2,889 nt of DNA from the NCBI GenBank assembly GCA_000002435.2, contig AACB03000027.1, one strand, 5' to 3'. Shown here in pieces: positions 1 to 2,889 of this stretch (within the stretch, counting starts at the first letter, position 1; every line of letters starts with the position of its first letter). The position numbers and the translations under genes are program-made. This DNA is from Giardia intestinalis (lineage: Eukaryota). The notes beneath the pieces were generated by a model. It saw only the letters and a list, made by a program, of their open reading frames with translations, did no database searches and had not been told where the DNA came from.

Positions 1-2889
1 GACGAGATTGCCCAACTCAGAGACGCACTTTCTGCACACGCGGTCTCCTGCAGATGGTCTGCAAACAGCTATCAACCAGCTCGCCGACAAGGTTCAGGAC
101 AACGGCAGCCTGGTTACACACTCATGGGCAATATCGTCCAGGGTGTGGAATCTGCAAGCGCCGAGGGCGAATTGCCAGTTACCATTGATGGACTTACGGC
201 TCGCATCCGGGCTCTAGAAGATGCCGCTGCGGAAGCAAGGACAGATGCCGAACGGAAGCGCCGAGATCTCCAGGCTTCAGAGGAGAGGCTCGCCGCCAGG
301 ACCCGAGATCTCTCGAATCCGAAGAGCCCGGGGCAGCACGCCCGAATCCAGGCCCTTGAAGAGGCCCTCCAAGCCCGTGACGAAGAGCTTGCCCGCCTCC
401 AGGCCGCAGCCGCCGAGCCCGCCATTGACTATCCTGCCCTTTCTCCGGGCCGCGGAAGAGGCTCGCGCAGCCGACGAAGCCCGGCACCGAGGCGCTGGAC
501 GATCTCCGGCAGCAGCTGCGCGCCAACGAGCAGGCAGACCGGGCTGCAATCCAAAGCGCCCTTGGCCGACTGGCAGAAAGGTCAAGGAGAACGAAGGCCT
601 CACAAAGCGCCTCGGAGGACGCCGTCGCTAGCGGAGCCCGCGGAGCCCGCGCCTGGCCCAGACCACCACCGACTACGACGCGCCTCCTGGCCGAGAAGGA
701 CGCGAGATCAAGCGCCTCCAGGAGGCCCTGCTCTCCCAGCCCACCGGGGACGTCCTGGCACAGAAGGACGAGAGATATGCCCAACTCAGAGACGCACTTT
801 CTGCAACGCGGTCTCCTGCAGATGGTCTGCAAACAGCTATCAACCAGCTCGCCGACAAGGTTCAGGACAACGGCAGCCTGGTTACACAACTCATGGGCAA
901 TATCGTCCAGGGTGTGGAATCTGCAAGCGCCGAGGGCGAATTGCCAGTTACCATTGATGGACTTACGGCTCGCATCCGGGCTCTAGAAGATGCCGCTGCG
1001 GAAGCAAGGACAGATGCCGAACGGAAGAACGCGAGATCTCCAGGCTTCAGGAGAGGCTCGCCGCCCAGGACCCGAGATCTCTCGAATCCGAAGAGCCCGG
1101 GGCAGCAGCCCGAATCCAGGCCCTTGAAGAGGCCCTCCAAGCCCGTGACGAAGAGCTTGCCCGCCTCCAGGCCGCAGCCGCCGAGCCCGCCATTGACTAT
1201 CCTGCCCTTCTCCGGGCCGCGGAAGAGGCTCGCGCAGCCGACGAAGCCCGGCACCAGCAGGCGCTGGACGATCTCCGGCAGCAGCTGCGCGCCAACGAGC
1301 AGGCAGACCGGGCTGCAATCCAAAGCGCCCTTGGCCGACTGGCAGAAAAGGTCAAGGAGAACGAAGGCCTCAGCAAGAGCGCCTCGAGGACGCCGTCGCT
1401 AGCGGAGCCGCGAGCCCGCGCCTGGCCCAGACCACCACCGACTACGACGCGCTCCTGGCCGAGAAGGACCGCGAGATCAAGCGCCTCCAGGAGGCCCTGC
1501 TCTCCCAGCCCACCGGGGACTCCTGGCACAGAGAGGACGACGAGATTGCCCAACTCAGAGACGCACTTCGCAACGCGGTCTCCTGCAGATGGTCTGCAAA
1601 CAGCTATCAACCAGCTCGCCGACAAGGTTCAGGACAACGGCAGCCTGGTTACACAACTCATGGGCAATATCGTCCAGGGTGTGAATCTGCAAGCGCCGAG
1701 GGCGAATTGCCAGTTACCATTGATGGACTTACGGCTCGCATCCGGGCTCTAGAAGATGCCGCTGCGGAAGCAAGGACAGATGCCGAACGGAAGAACGCCG
1801 AGATCTCCAGGCTTCAGGAGAGGCTCGCCGCCCAGGACCCGAGATCTCTCGAATCCGAAGAGCCCGGGGCAGCAGCCCGAATCCAGGCCCTTGAAGAGGC
1901 CCTCCAAGCCCGTGACGAAGAGCTTGCCCGCCTCCAGGCCGCAGCCGCCGAGCCCGCCATTGACTATCCTGCCCTTCTCCCGGCCGCGGAAGAGGCTTCG
2001 CGCAGCCGACGAAGCCCGGCACCAGCAGGCGCTGGACGATCTCCGGCAGCAGCTGCGCGCCAACGAGCAGGCAGACCGGGCTGCAATCCAAAGCGCCCTT
2101 GGCCGACTGGCAGAAAAGGTCAAGGAACGAAGGCCTCAGCAAGCGCCTCGAGGACGCCCGTCGCTAGCGGAGCCGCGAGCCCGCGCCTGGCCCAGACCAC
2201 CACCGACTACGACGCGCTCCTGGCCGAGAAGGACCGCGAGATCAAGCGCCTCCAGGAGGCCCTGCTCTCCCAGCCCACCGGGGACGTCCTGGCACAGAAG
2301 GACGACGAGATTGCCCAACTCAGAGACGCACTTTCTGCAACGCGGTCTCCTGCAGATGGTCTGCAAACAGCTATCAACCAGCTCGCCGACAAGGTTCAGG
2401 ACAACGCAGCCTGGTTACACAACTCATGGGCAATATCGTCCAGGGTGTGGAATCTGCAAGCGCCGAGGGCGAATTGCCAGTTACCATTGATGGACTTACG
2501 GCTCGCATCCGGGCTCTAGAAGATGCCGCTGCGGAAGCAAGGACAGATGCCGAACCGGAAGAACGCCGAGATCTCCAGGCTTCAGGAGAGGCTCGCCGCC
2601 CAGGACCCGAGATCTCTCGAATCCGAAGAGCCCGGGGCAGCAGCCCGAATCCAGGCCCTTGAAGAGGCCCTCCAAGCCCGTGACGAAGAGCTTGCCCGCC
2701 TCCAGGCCGCAGCCGCCGAGCCCGCCATTGACTATCCTGCCCTTCTCCGGGCCGCGGAAGAGGCTCGCGCAGCGACGAAGCCCCGGCACCAGCAGGCGCT
2801 GGACGATCTCCGGCAGCAGCTGCGCGCCAACGAGCAGGCAGACCGGGCTGCAATCCAAAGCGCCCTTGGCCGACTGGCAGAAAAGGTCA
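1..2889 (+). CDS. Internal fragment of a large gene encoding a repetitive coiled-coil protein made of 256-aa tandem modules. There is no start or stop codon in the window, and the reading frame is broken by copy-specific 1-2-bp indels. Those indels are probably sequencing errors, and the alternative is a decayed pseudogene.
   Basis: The majority-consensus unit is 768 bp, which is 256 codons with no stop on the + strand. The translation shows heptad-type Ala/Leu/Glu/Arg/Gln periodicity (...LTARIRALEDAAAEARTDAERKNAEISRLQERLAAQ...IQALEEALQARDEELARLQAAAAEP...ALDDLRQQLRANEQADRAAIQSALGRLAEKVKENEGLSKRLEDAVAS...). In the raw sequence the consensus frame can be followed piecewise. It is frame 2 for about 779-1031, frame 1 for 1033-1378, frame 0 for 1380-1520 and frame 0 for 1536-1568. 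It is then frame 1 for 1570-1683, frame 0 for 1684-1998, frame 1 for 1999-2127, frame 0 for about 2157-2406, frame 2 for 2408-2554 and frame 0 for 2556-2889. Minus-strand ORFs are low-complexity A/R/S/G/P-rich shadows. The strand call is confident, but gene intactness is not. Confidence 0.55.
12..780 (+). repeat. Repeat unit copy 1 (769 bp). It is the most indel-laden copy, with about 18 small indels relative to the majority consensus.
   Basis: Hand alignment against copies 2-4. Examples are 'ctgcacacgcgg' versus 'ctgcaacgcgg', 'ttacacactcatg' versus 'ttacacaactcatg', 'ggaagcgccgag' versus 'ggaagaacgccgag', and 'cttcagaggagagg' versus 'cttcaggagagg'. Further examples are 'gccgccagg' versus 'gccgcccagg', 'gcagcacgcccg' versus 'gcagcagcccg', 'ccctttctcc' versus 'cccttctcc', 'caccgaggcg' versus 'caccagcaggcg', 'gcagaaaggtc' versus 'gcagaaaaggtc' and 'gagcccgcggagcccg' versus 'gagccgcgagcccg'. 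Confidence 0.9.
781..1549 (+). repeat. Repeat unit copy 2 (769 bp), with about 5 small indels relative to the consensus.
   Basis: Differences from the majority are 'aacgcgagatc' (-1 near 1031), 'caagagcgcc' (+2 near 1378), 'gactcctgg' (-1 near 1521) and 'cacagagaggac' (+1 near 1533). The start has 'gacgagagatatgcc' in place of 'gacgacgagattgcc'. Confidence 0.9.
1550..2314 (+). repeat. Repeat unit copy 3 (765 bp), with about 6 small indels and one substitution relative to the consensus.
   Basis: Differences are 'cacttcgcaacg' (-2 near 1568), 'gtgtgaatc' (-1 near 1683), 'ctcccggcc' (a g>c substitution), 'gaggcttcgcg' (+1 near 1998), 'caaggaacgaagg' (-2 near 2127) and 'gacgcccgtcgc' (+1 near 2157). 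Confidence 0.9.
2315..2889 (+). repeat. Repeat unit copy 4. It is partial, with 575 bp before the window edge, and has 4 small indels so far.
   Basis: Differences are 'gacaacgcagcc' (-1 near 2406), 'gaaccggaag' (+1 near 2555) and 'gcagcgacgaagccccggcacc' (-1 then +1, near 2773 and 2783). It is otherwise base-identical to copy 2. Confidence 0.9.

Larger units (their letters stand above)
1..2889. repeat. Long-period tandem-repeat array with a unit of about 768 bp. It holds about 3.75 near-identical head-to-tail copies and is truncated by both window edges.
   Basis: Seen directly. The anchor 'ccaactcagagacgcac...' recurs at 12, 781, 1550 and 2315. Long identical runs also recur once per copy, for example 'gcaatatcgtccagggtgtggaatctgcaagcgccgagggcgaattgccagttaccattgatggacttacggctcgcatccgggctctagaagatgccgctgcggaagcaaggacagatgccgaac'. 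Six-frame peptides repeat with offset 769: MPNSETHF at 8, 777 and 1546; MGNIVQGVESASAEGELPVTIDGLTARIRALEDAAAEARTDAE at 124, 893 and 2426. Confidence 0.97.

Noticed and set aside
8-217. The recurrent 68-69-aa ORFs 'MPNSETHF...LMDLRLASGL' at 8-217, 777-986 and 1546-1752.
   Set aside because: They are the same out-of-frame reading of each repeat copy. The proper frame there reads DDEIAQLRDAL... They start at TTG or ATG by chance and are not independent small genes.
1707-2519. The longest + ORF (270 aa, starting 'MPVTIDGLTARIRALEDAAAEARTDAERKNAEISRLQERL...'), as a standalone gene.
   Set aside because: Its ATG is an internal codon of the repeat. The same 'PVTIDGLTARI' stretch occurs in every copy, including 'LPVTIDGLTARI' in the ORF at 2426. 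The ORF stays open only because the stretches knocked out of frame by indels (about 1999-2157) happen to lack stops. It ends at 2519 because of a -1 indel at about 2406, not at a real terminus.
114-2858. Numerous minus-strand ORFs of 61-231 aa, for example 194-889, 862-1323, 1197-1625 and 2374-2853.
   Set aside because: They are low-complexity Ala/Arg/Ser/Gly/Pro-rich translations typical of the antisense strand of GC-rich coding DNA. They repeat with the same 769-bp period and have no heptad or other protein-like pattern.
1-2889. A CRISPR array or other spacer-containing repeat.
   Set aside because: The repeat unit is about 768 bp with no unique spacers between copies. CRISPR repeats are 20-50 bp and are separated by unique spacers.
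1-2889. A mobile element or insertion-sequence copies.
   Set aside because: The copies abut directly head-to-tail with identical phase. There are no terminal inverted repeats, no target-site duplications, and no transposase-like ORF. The unit translates as a structural coiled-coil module.
1-2889. Programmed ribosomal frameshifting to explain the frame hops.
   Set aside because: The shift positions differ between otherwise identical copies, and there are about 30 of them. Programmed frameshifts would sit at the same slippery site in every copy.
1-2889. An engineered or synthetic construct, suggested by many 6-cutter sites per unit (BglII agatct x2, XbaI tctaga, NheI gctagc, XhoI ctcgag, PstI ctgcag, SmaI cccggg, SacII ccgcgg).
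   Set aside because: This is within the chance expectation for palindromic hexamers in about 770 bp of GC-rich DNA. The sites are embedded in codons, not at unit junctions. It is useful only for Southern-ladder sizing of the array.
1-2889. rRNA, tRNA or small ncRNA genes, promoters or terminators.
   Set aside because: There is no cloverleaf-compatible or rRNA-like segment. The whole window reads as internal coding repeat. No non-repetitive intergenic sequence is present in which to place regulatory signals.

Overview
The whole 2889-bp window is one head-to-tail tandem-repeat array, and I see no non-repetitive sequence anywhere in it. The unit is about 768 bp (256 codons). One anchor, 'ccaactcaga', recurs at 12, 781, 1550 and 2315, giving observed periods of 769, 769 and 765 bp. 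That makes three full copies plus a 575-bp partial copy, and the array runs off both edges of the window. It is GC-rich, roughly 60-65% by eye.

Aligning the four copies by hand shows they are essentially identical at the base level, with at most 2-3 substitutions in total. They differ by many scattered 1-2-bp insertions and deletions: about 18 in copy 1 and about 5-7 in each of the others. These break the reading frame at different places in each copy.

Correcting the copies to their majority consensus gives an uninterrupted 256-codon + strand frame. It encodes an Ala/Glu/Leu/Arg/Gln-rich, heptad-patterned, apparently coiled-coil module. It contains stretches such as DYDALLAEKDREIKRLQEALLSQ, IDGLTARIRALEDAAAEARTDAERKNAEISRLQERLAAQ, AARIQALEEALQARDEELARLQAAAAEP and ALDDLRQQLRANEQADRAAIQSALGRLAEKVKENEGLSKRLEDAVAS.

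I read the window as an internal fragment of a large + strand gene for a protein built from near-perfect 256-aa coiled-coil repeats. Its apparent frameshifts are most likely sequencing or assembly indel errors; copy-specific pseudogenisation is the alternative. As sequenced, the correct frame hops among all three + frames.

The supplied ORFs start at ATG or TTG, and no Met codon sits in the right place in the true frame. They are therefore mostly out-of-frame or composite readthroughs and do not reveal the real gene structure. I see no tRNA, rRNA, CRISPR, insertion-sequence or promoter/terminator signals, and I cannot tell the organism (eukaryotic protist or high-GC bacterium) from the sequence alone.
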